Shown in pieces: positions 8,988-20,019 of a DNA stretch of 43,860 nucleotides (position 1 is the stretch's first letter; each line of letters begins with the position of its first letter). The stretch covers positions 1 through 43,860 of the forward strand of contig CAZHPN010000028.1 in NCBI GenBank assembly GCA_964534375.1. Direction: 5' to 3'. The DNA is from an uncultured bacterium (lineage in GTDB: Bacteria; Lernaellota; Lernaellaia; Lernaellales; Lernaellaceae). Below the pieces are notes generated by a model. The model saw only the letters and a program-made list of their open reading frames with translations, had not been told where the DNA came from and did no database searches. Position numbers and translations under genes: made by a program.

Positions 8988-9641
8988 ATGAAAGCCGAAT
9001 GGACCGACATAACGGTTGCGCTTCGACCCGGCGTCGTCTGTTGGCCGGGCGACCCGCCGTTCGAATCGCGCGCCGTCGCCAGCGTCGAAAACGGCGACGG
9101 CGCCAACGTCGCGATTCTCACGATCGGCTCGCACACCGGCACGCACATGGACGCGCCGCGGCATTTTTTCACGAATGGCGCCGGCCTCGACACGATGCCC
9201 CTTGACGCCGTCGTCGGCCCGGCGCGGATCATCGAAAGCCGCGATCCCGAGTCGATCAAAGCGGCCGAGCTGCAGGCGCTCGGCATTCGCGCCGGCGACC
9301 GGCTGTTGTTCAAAACGAGGAATTCGAGCGCCCGCTGGGACGCCCAGGAGTTCACGAAGAATTACGTGTCGATTTCGCCGGACGCCGCGCACTTTCTTGT
9401 CGAGCGCCGGGTGCGCTGCGTCGGCATCGACTATCTCTCGGTCGGCGGCATCGGCGAGGACGGCAAGGAAACGCACGAAACGCTGCTGGGCGCGGGCATC
9501 TGGATCATCGAAGGGCTCGACCTCTCCCACGTTGCCGCCGGCGAAGTCGACCTGGTCTGCCTGCCGTTGCGCATTCTCGAAAGCGACGGCGCTCCGGCGC
9601 GGGCAATCGTTCGCCCGCGGCGTCGGTCTCGCGCCCGCTGA
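8988..9641 (+). CDS. Cyclase family / kynurenine formamidase-like metal hydrolase
   Basis: WPGDP, HTGTHMDAPRH, VGIDYLS, IIEGL, DGAPARA. Confidence 0.92.
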   Translation: MKAEWTDITVALRPGVVCWPGDPPFESRAVASVENGDGANVAILTIGSHTGTHMDAPRHFFTNGAGLDTMPLDAVVGPARIIESRDPESIKAAELQALGIRAGDRLLFKTRNSSARWDAQEFTKNYVSISPDAAHFLVERRVRCVGIDYLSVGGIGEDGKETHETLLGAGIWIIEGLDLSHVAAGEVDLVCLPLRILESDGAPARAIVRPRRRSRAR

Positions 9642-9674
9642 ATTCCACCTTGGAACGACGACCCCCTCAGATTT

Positions 9675-9703
9675 TTGACACTGGGTAGGAAAATCTGTAT
9701 TCT
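9675..9703 (+). promoter_or_regulatory. Sigma70-type promoter for rnhB operon
   Basis: TTGACA-17bp-TATTCT. Confidence 0.6.
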
Positions 9704-9729
9704 GATTGGAGTTTTTCCGGGAGCGCGAG

Positions 9730-10374
9730 GTGGGCCAACGATCCTTCGGGTTCGCCGCAAACGAGCGGCCGGACGACCTGCTGCGGCACGAGCGGCCTTT
9801 GTGGCGGCGTGGCCTGCGGGTGGCGGGGATCGATGAAGCGGGCCGGGGCAGCCTCTCGGGTCCGGTCGTCGCCGCGGCGGTGGTCTTGCCGCCCAGCGCC
9901 GACCTCCCCGGCGTCACCGATTCCAAGTTGCTCACCGACGCCGAACGCCGCGCGTTGCTGCCGCTGATCTGCGAACAAGCGCTCGCCATCGGCGTCGGCG
10001 TGCGCAGCGCCCGCCGCATCGACACGACCGACATCCTCTACGAAACCAAGCAAGCCATGCTGGCGGCGGTCGCCCGCTTGCCGGCGCCGCCGGATTATTT
10101 GTTGATCGACGGCAACCAGCGCCTGGCGACGACGCTGCGCCAGCGCACCGTCGTGCATGGCGACCGGCTGAGCCTGTCGATCGCCGCCGCGTCGATCGTC
10201 GCCAAGGTGACGCGGGACGACATCATGCTGCGTTTGCACGAACGCTTTCCGCAGTACCAGTGGCGGGCCAACAAGGGCTACGGCGTGCCGGCGCACCTCG
10301 CGGCGCTGCGCGAATTCGGGCCGTGCTGCCTGCACCGGTTCACCTTTCGCGGCGTGCGCGCCGAGGATTCATGA
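9730..10374 (+). CDS. rnhB: Ribonuclease HII
   Basis: GIDEAGRG, DSK, LIDG, SIAAASIVAKVTRD, NKGY; start uncertain. Confidence 0.95.
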   Translation: MGQRSFGFAANERPDDLLRHERPLWRRGLRVAGIDEAGRGSLSGPVVAAAVVLPPSADLPGVTDSKLLTDAERRALLPLICEQALAIGVGVRSARRIDTTDILYETKQAMLAAVARLPAPPDYLLIDGNQRLATTLRQRTVVHGDRLSLSIAAASIVAKVTRDDIMLRLHERFPQYQWRANKGYGVPAHLAALREFGPCCLHRFTFRGVRAEDS

Positions 10375-10790
10375 TCGCCGCCTGGCTGGCGCGGCTGCGC
10401 CGCCCGAAAGCCGCCCCGGACGAACCCGGCGACGACCGGCGCCGGCGCGGCAAGACCGCTGAGGATCTCGCGGCCGCGCGCGTCAAACGGGAAGGCGGCC
10501 GCATCGTGGCGCGCAACTGGAGATGCAAGCTCGGCGAACTCGACCTGATCGTCTGGGAGCGCAAGATCCTGGCCTTTGTCGAGGTCAAGAGCCGCGAGTC
10601 CGACGAGTTCGGCCGGCCCAGCGACGGTGTCAACCGGGCGAAACGGCGGCGCATCGAACGCCTCGCGCTGGCCTTTTGCCGACAGCGCCGGCTCGACCCG
10701 GAAACGCAACGTTTCGACATCATCGAAGTGATTTGGACCGAGCCGCCGGCCGTCGAGTGGCTGCGCGGCGCCTGGCGCGTAGGAGACTGA
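10371..10790 (+). CDS. yraN: YraN (UPF0102) family nuclease-fold protein
   Basis: RNWRCKLGELDLI, FVEVKSR, RFDII; ATGA overlap with rnhB. Confidence 0.9.
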   Translation: MIAAWLARLRRPKAAPDEPGDDRRRRGKTAEDLAAARVKREGGRIVARNWRCKLGELDLIVWERKILAFVEVKSRESDEFGRPSDGVNRAKRRRIERLALAFCRQRRLDPETQRFDIIEVIWTEPPAVEWLRGAWRVGD

Positions 10791-10793
10791 CGC

Positions 10794-12239
10794 GTGGCGC
10801 AACTGCCGACTATTCGCCGCAGCATACTGGGCCGGATGCTGCTCATCACACTCGCGCCGGCGATGCTGCTGTTGTCGGCATTGAGCGTCTATTTCTACGC
10901 CCAGGCCCGCGCCAGCCTAGAAGACGAAATGAGCCGCCGGCTGATCGGCATGGCGCGGACGCTGGCCGCCCAGATCGATCCGGCGCCGGTCTTGCACTTC
11001 GTTCCCGGCGATGAACAAACCCGCACCTACCGCGCGATGGTCGAGAAACTGCGCCCGCTGGCCGAGGCCAACGACGCCTCGCGGGTGTACGTCGTGAAAT
11101 TCGACGAATCCGTGTTGTTCGACACCGATCCCGCCGGCGTCGTCGGCGGAACGATGTACCAGCTCGCCGGCCACCGCCGCGAACTGAAACTCGTGCAGCA
11201 GGGCCGGGCGGCCGCGTCGCCGATGTTCAAGGGCGCCGGCGGGCGCTTCTATAAGGCCGGCTACGCGCCGCTCGCGGCGGACGGCGAAACCGCCGCGCTC
11301 GTCGGCGTCGACGCCGATGTGCGCTTTTTCGAACGCCTGCGCGAGATTCGCCGCAACCTGGCGCTGCTCAGTCTCTTCGGCTCGACGCTGTTGGCGGTGT
11401 TCAGCGTGCTGTTCGCGCGGCGGTTGGCGTGGCCGATCCGCCGGCTGGCCCGCTCGGCGACGCGCATCGGCGAGGGCGACTACGAAACGCCGGTCGCCGA
11501 GAAAACCGGCGATGAAATCGAATTGCTCGCGGACACGCTCAACGGCATGCGCGCGCGCATCGTCGAACGCGACCGCTATTTGCAGATGATGCAGCGCGGC
11601 ATCGCGCACGAGGTGCGCAATCCGCTGGGCGGCATGGCGCTTTATTGCGATATCCTCAGCGACGAACTCGCCGCGCGGCCGGACTTGCTGGCGCACGTGG
11701 AAAAGATTCGCCGCGAGGTGAAGGGCCTGGACGCCGTCGTCAACGAATTTCTCGATTTCACGAAGGAGCAGGCGCCGGATCGCCGGCGCGTCGACGTCCG
11801 CGATTATCTGGCGGAATTGTTGATGTTCTATGCGGGCATGGCCGAACGGCAGGGCGTCCGCGTCGTGAAAACCGTGGCCGCCGATGTGCATTTCGCGGCC
11901 TTCGATCCGGATTTGCTGCGGCGCGCGCTGCACAACCTGCTGCTCAATGCGCTGCAAGCGATGCCCGACGGCGGCGAACTGCGGCTCGACGCCCGCCGCC
12001 GGCCGGGCGAACTGGAAATCTGCATCGCCGACACGGGCAAAGGCATTCCGGAAAGCAACCTGGCGCACGTCTTCACGCCGTTTTTCACGACCAAGGACAC
12101 GGGGACGGGCCTGGGTCTGCCGTTCGCGAAAAAAGTCGTGGAAAGCCACGGCGGCCGCTTGATTCTCGAAAGCCGGATCGGCGAAGGGACGCGCGTGTGC
12201 GTGAACCTGCCGCAGACCGCGGAAACGGAGGCATCATGA
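10794..12239 (+). CDS. Membrane sensor histidine kinase (periplasmic domain, HAMP)
   Basis: Two TM helices, HAMP (DEIELLA), [31 protein letters not shown]. Confidence 0.93.
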   Translation: MAQLPTIRRSILGRMLLITLAPAMLLLSALSVYFYAQARASLEDEMSRRLIGMARTLAAQIDPAPVLHFVPGDEQTRTYRAMVEKLRPLAEANDASRVYVVKFDESVLFDTDPAGVVGGTMYQLAGHRRELKLVQQGRAAASPMFKGAGGRFYKAGYAPLAADGETAALVGVDADVRFFERLREIRRNLALLSLFGSTLLAVFSVLFARRLAWPIRRLARSATRIGEGDYETPVAEKTGDEIELLADTLNGMRARIVERDRYLQMMQRGIAHEVRNPLGGMALYCDILSDELAARPDLLAHVEKIRREVKGLDAVVNEFLDFTKEQAPDRRRVDVRDYLAELLMFYAGMAERQGVRVVKTVAADVHFAAFDPDLLRRALHNLLLNALQAMPDGGELRLDARRRPGELEICIADTGKGIPESNLAHVFTPFFTTKDTGTGLGLPFAKKVVESHGGRLILESRIGEGTRVCVNLPQTAETEAS

Positions 12240-13621
12240 GCAACATCCTGGTGATCGACGACAACCAAACCATGCGCGAGGGCATGGCGGTCATTATCGC
12301 GAAAATGGGCCACCGCGTGTTCAGCGCCGCCAACGGTCCCGAAGGCCTGCAGATCATGGAGATGAATTCGCTCGACCTCGTGCTCACGGACCTGCGCATG
12401 GAAGGCATGGACGGCATCGCCGTGCTCGAAGAAATCAAAGCGCGCCGGCCGGAGACGGTGGTGATGATCATCACCGCCTACGGCGCGATCGACACGGCGG
12501 TCGACGCGATGCGCAAAGGCGCGTTCGACTTCATCACCAAGCCGTTTTCGCAGGAGGAGTTGCGCTTTCGCGTCGACAAGGCGCTCGAACACCAACAGCT
12601 CGGCAAAGAGAAAGTGCGATTGGAGCGGGAAAACGCGTACTTCCGCGAATCGGAGAAGAGCGAATTCAATCCCGAGGAGATGATCGGGGATTCCGGGGCG
12701 ATCCGGAAAATCAAGGAACAGATCAAGAAAATCGCCGCCGGCGATTCGACGGTTTTCATTCACGGCGAGAGCGGCTCGGGAAAGGAACTGATCGCCCGCG
12801 CCATCCACGAGGCCAGCCCGCGCTGCGACGGGCCGTTCATCAAGCTGAATTGCTCGGCCCTCGCCGAAGGCATTCTGGAGAGCGAGTTGTTCGGGCATGA
12901 GAAAGGCTCCTTCACCGGCGCCTACAAACGGCGCATCGGCCGGTTCGAATTGGCCGACGGCGGCACGTTGTTTCTTGACGAGATCGGCGACATCAGCCCG
13001 CTGATTCAGTTGAAGTTGATGCGCGTGCTGCAGGAGCGCGAATTCGAGCGGGTCGGCGGCGTCGCGACGATCAAGGTCGATGTGCGGCTGGTGACCGCGA
13101 CCAACAAAGACCTGAAAGAGGAGATCAAAAAGGGCGCGTTCCGCGAAGATCTTTATTACCGGCTGCACATCATTCCCGTCGCCGTGCCGCCGCTGCGCGA
13201 ACGAATCGAAGACCTGCCGCCGCTGGTGGACCATTTTCTCCGCAAACTCGCGCCGCGAACGCGCAAGCAGGTCAAAGGGGTAACCGACGAGGCCATGAAA
13301 AATCTCGCCGGCTACTCCTGGCCGGGCAACATCCGCGAACTGGAAAACGTGATCGAGCAGTCGATGGTGTTGTGCGAAGGCGACGTAATCGGCGCCGCCG
13401 ACCTGCCCAGCTTCATTTCCGGCGGTTGCGGGGACGAGGCGAGCGGGCGGCCGGCGCTGGGCTCGAAGCCGCTGCCCGATCTGCTTGACGACATCGAACG
13501 CGAGTTGATCACCGAGGCCTTTCGCAAGGCGGGCGGCGTCAAAACCGAAACTGCCCGGCTGCTCGGCGTCAAGACCAGCGCCCTCTACTACAAATTGGAG
13601 AAATACGGCCTGATTTCATGA
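12236..13621 (+). CDS. NtrC-family sigma-54 response regulator (REC-AAA+-HTH)
   Basis: VIDD/TDLRM receiver, [31 protein letters not shown], Fis-type HTH. Confidence 0.95.
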   Translation: MSNILVIDDNQTMREGMAVIIAKMGHRVFSAANGPEGLQIMEMNSLDLVLTDLRMEGMDGIAVLEEIKARRPETVVMIITAYGAIDTAVDAMRKGAFDFITKPFSQEELRFRVDKALEHQQLGKEKVRLERENAYFRESEKSEFNPEEMIGDSGAIRKIKEQIKKIAAGDSTVFIHGESGSGKELIARAIHEASPRCDGPFIKLNCSALAEGILESELFGHEKGSFTGAYKRRIGRFELADGGTLFLDEIGDISPLIQLKLMRVLQEREFERVGGVATIKVDVRLVTATNKDLKEEIKKGAFREDLYYRLHIIPVAVPPLRERIEDLPPLVDHFLRKLAPRTRKQVKGVTDEAMKNLAGYSWPGNIRELENVIEQSMVLCEGDVIGAADLPSFISGGCGDEASGRPALGSKPLPDLLDDIERELITEAFRKAGGVKTETARLLGVKTSALYYKLEKYGLIS

Positions 13622-13628
13622 GCGACGC

Positions 13629-14660
13629 ATGGCGACGATAGGGTTGGCGCACGCGCGGCGGTTCGCGTTGGCGATCGCGTTGGCGATCGCCGCCGCGGTC
13701 GTCTGCGCCGCCGGCGCGCGTGCGGCGCCGGCGGCGGCGCCCACGCCCGATCCGCCGGTCGTGCGGTCGCTCAAGGCCGAATATCAGGGTCTGGTCGCCG
13801 CGGCGCGGGCGCTGACCGCCCGGCAGAAGGATTTGCTGGCGCGCCAGAATGCGCAGGCCCGCGAAATCGAGGCCTTGCAGGATTCCGAGCCGGGGTTGCT
13901 CGGCCGGCTGCGGCTAGAACGATTGCTGGCGGCCAACCTGGCCCTCTCCAATCAATTGAGCGAGATCGCAGCCGACCTCGCGGCCAACGACAAAGCGCGC
14001 GGCGGCGTGCGCGAAGCCGTGTACCGCGCTTACACCAACGAGATGGAAGAGGTCGTCCGCAATCTGCGCCAGGCGACCGACCGCGGCGCCGCCCGCCGGC
14101 TCGCGCATCGTTTCTACGAATTGCTCGAACGGCGCGCGCCGTGGCAGACCGTCGCCGTGCCCGAAGGCGACTTCAGCCGCACCGCCGTCGAGGTCGGCGA
14201 CCAGGACAGCGCGCAGGATTTGTCGGCCAAGGCCGATCTGCTGGCCGACCTGGCGGCCAAAGTGCGCGCGGCGATCGCCGACGTCGACAAGGAAATTCAA
14301 CGGCTGCGGCGCGAGACGAAGCTCGCGACCGAAATGAACGCCATGGTCAAGGAAATGAATTTGTTCGAGGAGGGCGCCCGGTTCACCCGCCGGCCTGAAG
14401 ACGCCGCGCGGGTGCCCGAAACGCTGCCGAATCCGCCGACCGGCGCCGATGACCGCGCCCTCCTGGCGACGCCGTTGCTGCCGGAGCAGCAGGAGGCCCT
14501 GGGCGCCGAGCGCGCCGCGAAATCGTGGTCGAACGAAGTCAAACGGCTGGAAGACGAGCGAAAGGCGTTGAGCCAATTGTTGAGCGAGTTGACCGCGCGC
14601 GCCGACGCCTTGCGCAAGGCCGCGCACGAACGGAAATCCCGCGACGCGGCCGGGGGCTAG
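13629..14660 (+). CDS. Hypothetical exported coiled-coil protein
   Basis: Signal peptide followed by long heptad-rich helices. Confidence 0.7.
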   Translation: MATIGLAHARRFALAIALAIAAAVVCAAGARAAPAAAPTPDPPVVRSLKAEYQGLVAAARALTARQKDLLARQNAQAREIEALQDSEPGLLGRLRLERLLAANLALSNQLSEIAADLAANDKARGGVREAVYRAYTNEMEEVVRNLRQATDRGAARRLAHRFYELLERRAPWQTVAVPEGDFSRTAVEVGDQDSAQDLSAKADLLADLAAKVRAAIADVDKEIQRLRRETKLATEMNAMVKEMNLFEEGARFTRRPEDAARVPETLPNPPTGADDRALLATPLLPEQQEALGAERAAKSWSNEVKRLEDERKALSQLLSELTARADALRKAAHERKSRDAAGG

Positions 14661-14700
14661 GTCCGTCGCGGCAGGGCGTTCGTCGCCCGGGAAGAACGGC

Positions 14701-15804
14701 ATGAAACACATCTGGCGCCGCAGGCGATGGTTGGGTTGGCTGGCGGGAATCGTCGTGGCGCTCGCCTGGCGGCCGCCCGGCGCCGCGGCGAGCGACATGG
14801 ACATCCAGAATCGCGTGTCGGTCGCGCTGGAAAACGACGACAACGTTTACCTGACGCATACGGGCGTGCGCGCCGACGAACTGGGGCGGTTGTTTTACGA
14901 TTTCGATCTCAATTGGCGCATCACGCCGAACAATCTGTGGCAGACGGATTACCAACTGGGGGCCAAGGTCTATTTTCATCAGACGAGCCAGGATGCGATC
15001 ATCAACCAACTTCAGTTGGGTTACATGAATTTCTCGATCCCGACCGTGCAATTCGGGGTGCAGGCGACGGGCAAACTCCGCCTCATCGACAGCGCCCTGG
15101 AGGATTACTTGAAATTCATCGGGCGGGGTTTCGTCGGCGACCGCTTTCTGGACGCGTTTTACGTCGGCGTGCATGCCGAATATAGCCAGTTTTATTTCCG
15201 CGCCTATCGCGATTACGATTACTGGACCCAGCGCTACGGCGCCGACGCGCGTTACGATCACCAGCGCGATTTCTCCGCCGGCGTCGTTTACGATTTCGAG
15301 CGAAAAACCTTTCCGTACGACGCGTTCCGGAACATCGGCGGCGCGGCGAACCCCGTGCTGGTCCAGGGCATCCGTCCGCGCGCCGACGATTTGAATGAAG
15401 TTACGGCGCAATTTCGTTACCAGACCACGTTTGCCGAGACGCTGCCGTTCCTGGGCACGTTCAGTTACACCTATCAAGACTATCGCTCGAATTCCTTCGG
15501 CGATTCGTACGACAATCACCGCTTTACGCTCGGACTTTCGCAATACATCGTTCACGAACTGAGCGTGCACTTCCTTGGCGTGTACCAGATCATCGAGGCG
15601 GGCCAAAAAACGTTGATTCCGCAAAGCTTCACGATCGAGGAAGAAGACGAAAATTACAACCAGGTCGAAGCGCGCATCAACTACGGTTTCACCGAAAACC
15701 TGAGCGTTTACGCCGGGTACCATCGCTACTGGAGCGCGTTTCCGAACCCGCAGTTCAGTTTCGTGAAGAACGTCTATGGAGTGGGGTTTGCTGCATCGTT
15801 TTGA
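14701..15804 (+). CDS. Putative outer-membrane beta-barrel protein
   Basis: Signal peptide, Tyr/Phe/Gly-rich amphipathic strands, C-terminal YGVGFAASF with terminal Phe. Confidence 0.75.
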   Translation: MKHIWRRRRWLGWLAGIVVALAWRPPGAAASDMDIQNRVSVALENDDNVYLTHTGVRADELGRLFYDFDLNWRITPNNLWQTDYQLGAKVYFHQTSQDAIINQLQLGYMNFSIPTVQFGVQATGKLRLIDSALEDYLKFIGRGFVGDRFLDAFYVGVHAEYSQFYFRAYRDYDYWTQRYGADARYDHQRDFSAGVVYDFERKTFPYDAFRNIGGAANPVLVQGIRPRADDLNEVTAQFRYQTTFAETLPFLGTFSYTYQDYRSNSFGDSYDNHRFTLGLSQYIVHELSVHFLGVYQIIEAGQKTLIPQSFTIEEEDENYNQVEARINYGFTENLSVYAGYHRYWSAFPNPQFSFVKNVYGVGFAASF

Positions 15805-15903
15805 AAACAGCGCGCGGCGGATTTTCGTGGCGAAACATCGAAAACTTGACGTTGCGATTCCGGCAGTTGCGGATAACTAGACGGTATCGTTGAGGTTTTT
15901 GTG

Positions 15904-15919
15904 TGGCACAGATGTTGCG
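15904..15919 (+). promoter_or_regulatory. Sigma-54 (-24/-12) promoter
   Basis: TGGCAC-agatg-TTGCG matches TGGCAC-N5-TTGC; 50 bp upstream of the lipoprotein start and next to an NtrC-type gene. Confidence 0.75.
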
Positions 15920-15968
15920 AATAACAGTTACGCGTGTTACGCTGCGCGTAGCTTGTACGAGGTGGATC

Positions 15969-16751
15969 GTGTCTCGATTTGGATGTTTGGCGATCACATT
16001 CGCGATCGCGTTGGTGGCTGCCGGCTGCGGCGGCAAAGGCCTCGGCCTGGCGAACCCGTTCGGCTCGTCGGGCGGTCAGGGCTCGTCGTCCGCCGAGGGC
16101 CAGGCGCACCTGCAGAACGAACAAAACCACGCTGGCATCACCGTGACCATCGTCGAGATCAACGTCAGCCTGATCACCAATACCGAAGGCGTTTACTCGC
16201 TGGTGAACCAATTGGCCGACGGCGACTGGACGTTGCGCGCCGTGTATCCGTACTTCTCCGCCCAGGAGCAATCGTTCACGGTCATCAACGGCGTGCTCGA
16301 GAATTCGTTGCAGACGATGCTGCTGCCCGAAAAGATCGCCTTTACGGTCACCACGGACAAAACGAGTTACACGTACGGCGAGACGGTTTTTGTCACGCTT
16401 GAGGCGGTGAACGTGACCTCCGACCCGGTGACGATTGACTCGATGACGAGTCCCTTGGAAGCGTTCGCCGTGCGCTTTAACGGCCAGACGGTCGCCGGCG
16501 GATTGTTCCCAGGGCAGAACTCGGAACCGGAGCAAGTCACCTTGGAACCCGGCGTGCCGCAGCAAAGCCAATGGAGTTGGACGATCGACAATCCGGATCT
16601 CGCGGCCGGCGAATACCAAATTTACGGCATACTTACGAATTCCGGGCAATACCCGGACTACTTCGATCCGAACTCCGACCTCGCGGCGCAATTCAACGAC
16701 TCGCTCTTCACCAAGTTCACGCCCGCGACGATTACGCTGACCGCACAATAG
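15969..16751 (+). CDS. Lipoprotein with two beta-sandwich domains (carboxypeptidase-regulatory-like and BsuPI-like)
   Basis: GAGGTGG RBS, GTG start, MSRFGCLAITFAIALVAAG-C lipobox; TNTEGVYSL; TDKTSYTYGETVFVTL...LAAGEY. Confidence 0.72.
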   Translation: MSRFGCLAITFAIALVAAGCGGKGLGLANPFGSSGGQGSSSAEGQAHLQNEQNHAGITVTIVEINVSLITNTEGVYSLVNQLADGDWTLRAVYPYFSAQEQSFTVINGVLENSLQTMLLPEKIAFTVTTDKTSYTYGETVFVTLEAVNVTSDPVTIDSMTSPLEAFAVRFNGQTVAGGLFPGQNSEPEQVTLEPGVPQQSQWSWTIDNPDLAAGEYQIYGILTNSGQYPDYFDPNSDLAAQFNDSLFTKFTPATITLTAQ

Positions 16752-16773
16752 CGCGAGCGCCTGCCAGGCGGCG

Positions 16774-17691
16774 CTAGATGCCGGCGCCCTGGTTGAAGGC
16801 TTCGGCGATATTGGCGGCCTGCGTGATGCGGCTTTCGGGCGGCACGCCTTGCGTCAGCCAGACGTTGCCGCCGATCACCGAGCCGCGGCCGATGACCACC
16901 GGCCCGAGAATCGTCGCCCCGGAATAAATGACCACGTCGTCGTCGACTTTCGGATGGCGGTCGATGCCCTTGATCGGATTGCCGTGCTCGTCGAGCGGAA
17001 AGCTCTTCGCGCCGAGCGTCACGCCCTGGTACAGCCGCACGCGTTTGCCGATGCGCGCCGTTTCGCCGATGACCACGCCGGTGCCGTGGTCGATGAAAAA
17101 CGCTTCGCCAATTTCCGCGCCGGGGTGGATGTCGATGCCGGTGGCGCTGTGCGCCGCCTCGGTGATGATGCGCGGAATCAACGGCGCGTCGAGCCGGTGC
17201 AGTTCGTGCGCGAGCCGATAGTTGGTGATCGCCAGGATGCCGGGGTAGCAAAAAATCGTCTCGTCCGGGCTCTTCGCGGCCGGGTCGCCCTCGAACGCGG
17301 CTTGGACGTCCGTCGCCAGGAGCCGGCGCACCTCGGGAAGCCGCGTCAAAAACGCCGCCGTGATCTCGTCGGCCCGGCCCTCGCATTGGTCGCAACGCTC
17401 GCCCGCCTCGCCGCAATTGAAGCACAGGCCGCGCATGACCTGCTCGCGCAGCGTGCGGCGCACTTCGTCCAGGACGTTGCCGACGTAGTACCGCACGCTG
17501 TCCGGTTCCAATTCGCTTTCGCCGAAATACCCGGGAAACAGCACGGACCGCAGCGATTCGACCGTTCTGACGATCGTGTCGCGCGACGGCATCGGCCGCG
17601 AATGGGGCCGCCGCGCGACCACGGCGTTGACCTGCACCAGTTCGTTGACGACCGCGGACAGGACCGAGCGTCTACTTGGTGGTTGCGTCAT
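16774..17691 (-). CDS. cysE: Serine O-acetyltransferase
   Basis: [37 protein letters not shown]; overlaps cysK. Confidence 0.92.
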   Translation of the reverse strand: MTQPPSRRSVLSAVVNELVQVNAVVARRPHSRPMPSRDTIVRTVESLRSVLFPGYFGESELEPDSVRYYVGNVLDEVRRTLREQVMRGLCFNCGEAGERCDQCEGRADEITAAFLTRLPEVRRLLATDVQAAFEGDPAAKSPDETIFCYPGILAITNYRLAHELHRLDAPLIPRIITEAAHSATGIDIHPGAEIGEAFFIDHGTGVVIGETARIGKRVRLYQGVTLGAKSFPLDEHGNPIKGIDRHPKVDDDVVIYSGATILGPVVIGRGSVIGGNVWLTQGVPPESRITQAANIAEAFNQGAGI

Positions 17692-18619
17692 AAAATTCCT
17701 CGAAGAGCCACGTCGAAAGGTAACGCTCGCCGGAACTGGGAGCGATGGCGACGATCAGCTTGCCCTCGTTTTCCGGACGCTTCGCGACCTGCAGCGCCGC
17801 CCAGGTCGCCGCGCCCGACGAGATGCCGACCAGAATGCCCTCTTCGCGCGCCAGCCGCCGGGCGATGTCGCCCGCGTCCGCCTCGGTGACTTGGATGATC
17901 TCGTCGATCAAATCGGTCTTGAGAATCTTCGGCACAAAGCCGGCGCCGATGCCCTGAATCTTGTGGGGGCCCGGCTTGCCGCCCGACAGCACGGGGCTGC
18001 CTTTGGGCTCGATCGCGATCGCCCGGAACGACGGCTTGCGCTGCTTGAGAACCTCGGCGACGCCCGTCAGCGTGCCGCCGGTGCCGACGCCGGAGATCAG
18101 GAAATCGACCTGGCCGTCGGTGTCTTTCCAAATTTCCTCGGCGGTCGTTTCGCGGTGGATCTTCGGGTTCGCCGGATTGTTGAATTGTTGCGGCATATAG
18201 TAGTTCTTGTTGGCCGCGAGGAGTTCGTCCGCCTTGCGGATGGCGCCCGGCATGCCTTCCGACCCGGGCGTCAGCACCAGTTCGGCGCCGAGAACCTTCA
18301 GCAGCTTCCGGCGTTCGATGCTCATCGTTTCCGGCATCGTCAGGACCAGGCGGTAGCCCCGCTGCGCCGCGACGAACGCCAGGGCGATGCCCGTATTGCC
18401 GCTGGTCGGCTCAATCAACACGGTGTCCTTCGTGATTTTGCCGGCCTTCTCGGCCTCGACGATCATCGATAGGCCGATGCGGTCTTTGACCGACGAGAGC
18501 GGATTCTTCGACTCCAATTTCAGCACGACCGTGGCCTTGGCGCCGTTGGTCACTTTGTTGAGTTTCACCAAGGGCGTGTTGCCGATCAATTCGGTGATGT
18601 TTGCCGCGATCTTCGACAT
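17672..18619 (-). CDS. cysK: Cysteine synthase A
   Basis: [45 protein letters not shown]. Confidence 0.97.
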   Translation of the reverse strand: MSKIAANITELIGNTPLVKLNKVTNGAKATVVLKLESKNPLSSVKDRIGLSMIVEAEKAGKITKDTVLIEPTSGNTGIALAFVAAQRGYRLVLTMPETMSIERRKLLKVLGAELVLTPGSEGMPGAIRKADELLAANKNYYMPQQFNNPANPKIHRETTAEEIWKDTDGQVDFLISGVGTGGTLTGVAEVLKQRKPSFRAIAIEPKGSPVLSGGKPGPHKIQGIGAGFVPKILKTDLIDEIIQVTEADAGDIARRLAREEGILVGISSGAATWAALQVAKRPENEGKLIVAIAPSSGERYLSTWLFEEFYDATTK

Positions 18620-18825
18620 AGCGGTTCTCCTTCGTTGTTTCGTGGTTTCTATTTAATTCAACTTCTAAGGTGCTCACGAACGCCAACGGGTCAACGACAT
18701 CGAGCGAACGAGAAATTGCTCATTGTGGCCGAATGGTCGAAGCGCCGGAAGCGCCGGCTTCTCGGGTCGGCCGCGTTGTTATTTGACTTGCGCTTCATCC
18801 AAACCGCCTCACGTTGTCTTACCTG

Positions 18826-18854
18826 AACTTAAATAAAGATGCAGCGATTGTCAA
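18826..18854 (-). promoter_or_regulatory. Sigma70-type promoter of cysK-cysE
   Basis: TTGACA-17bp-TAAGTT on the minus strand with AT-rich DNA upstream. Confidence 0.6.
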
Positions 18855-18986
18855 CAGAAAGTATACGAAAACGGTGTATTTTATTTTGTGATTGTATTTC
18901 AGTTTCGTAACATCTTGTAATTATAACGAATCCATAAATGTTAATCACGCCGTTGAAGTAGGATTTAGAAAACAATCTTCCGCTGT

Positions 18987-20000
18987 CTACGGTTCTCCGC
19001 TGGGAACCAGGCCCGTGTCGCGCAGCCACTCGGCGATCTTCCCGGCCTGCCAAGCGAGCACCACCGGAGGCGGGTGCAGCATTCGGTATTCCCTCGATGA
19101 GTTCGGAGCGGCGAGGCGGAAAACTGGCACATCCAGGTCGCGAAAATAGGGCTCGTACGATGGGTACTGTTCATCGGAAACATACGGCCCGACGAAAATT
19201 GCGATTCGGACACGAGCCTGCGCCTCGCGAACGAACGAGCGAAAAGCGCTCACATTCCGCTCCTCGAAGAGGTCGCGCCGTCCGGCGCAATTCGCCGCGA
19301 TCAGCGCCGCCAGCCGAGCCGTGGCGGAATGAGTCAACAGCCACGTTTCCGCGGCGTGCGCCGGCGCTCGACGCGCCAGTCCGCCGAGCTGCGCGTCCCA
19401 AAGCGACGGGTCGCGAGCGAAATAGGGAGCGATCGGCGCGCCGATGATAAAGGCGGGTTTGCCCGCGTTCGACAGGCAAAACAGCAGCAGGTCGGGCTGC
19501 AGATTCGCCAGCGCTTCCCGCGCCAGGAAAGCCGATTGCGCGGCAACCTGCGCGCTCGTGCCGAGATTGACCGTCTCGTAGCGCACGGCGCCGCCAGCGA
19601 GCGACGATTCGAGCTGCGCCGGCCAGGTCTGATCGTCGCTGACCTCCGTGCCGAAAACGTTCGAGCCGCCGACGCAAACGATGCGATACACTCCGGGCGC
19701 CTTGGCGGCGGATTGCTCCCGCCCGCGGGCCCCGAGCGAATTGATGCGCATAGTGAACCGGCCGTAGTGACCGACGCCGGCGAACTCGGAATTCGGACGC
19801 AAACGATACGCCAGGTCGGGATGGGGATCGGCCACGTGCAATTGCGGGTACCCGGCGTACCAATACAGATTCCGGGCCAGAAACCGCCAATCGAGGGCCA
19901 GTCCGCGAACCGCCGCTTCCAAGCCGGCCAAGCTCAGCAGCATCGCGGCGACGGCGACGAGCCACTTGCGGACCGATCGTCTGCGAACGCCCCTCACCAT
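18987..20000 (-). CDS. Membrane-anchored SGNH/GDSL hydrolase-like protein
   Basis: N-terminal TM, INSLGARG, RIVCVGGSNVFG, TWPAQLE, VNLG, C-terminal HP. Confidence 0.75.
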   Translation of the reverse strand: MVRGVRRRSVRKWLVAVAAMLLSLAGLEAAVRGLALDWRFLARNLYWYAGYPQLHVADPHPDLAYRLRPNSEFAGVGHYGRFTMRINSLGARGREQSAAKAPGVYRIVCVGGSNVFGTEVSDDQTWPAQLESSLAGGAVRYETVNLGTSAQVAAQSAFLAREALANLQPDLLLFCLSNAGKPAFIIGAPIAPYFARDPSLWDAQLGGLARRAPAHAAETWLLTHSATARLAALIAANCAGRRDLFEERNVSAFRSFVREAQARVRIAIFVGPYVSDEQYPSYEPYFRDLDVPVFRLAAPNSSREYRMLHPPPVVLAWQAGKIAEWLRDTGLVPSGEP

Positions 20001-20019
20001 CGACCTCGCGGGCTGCCGA

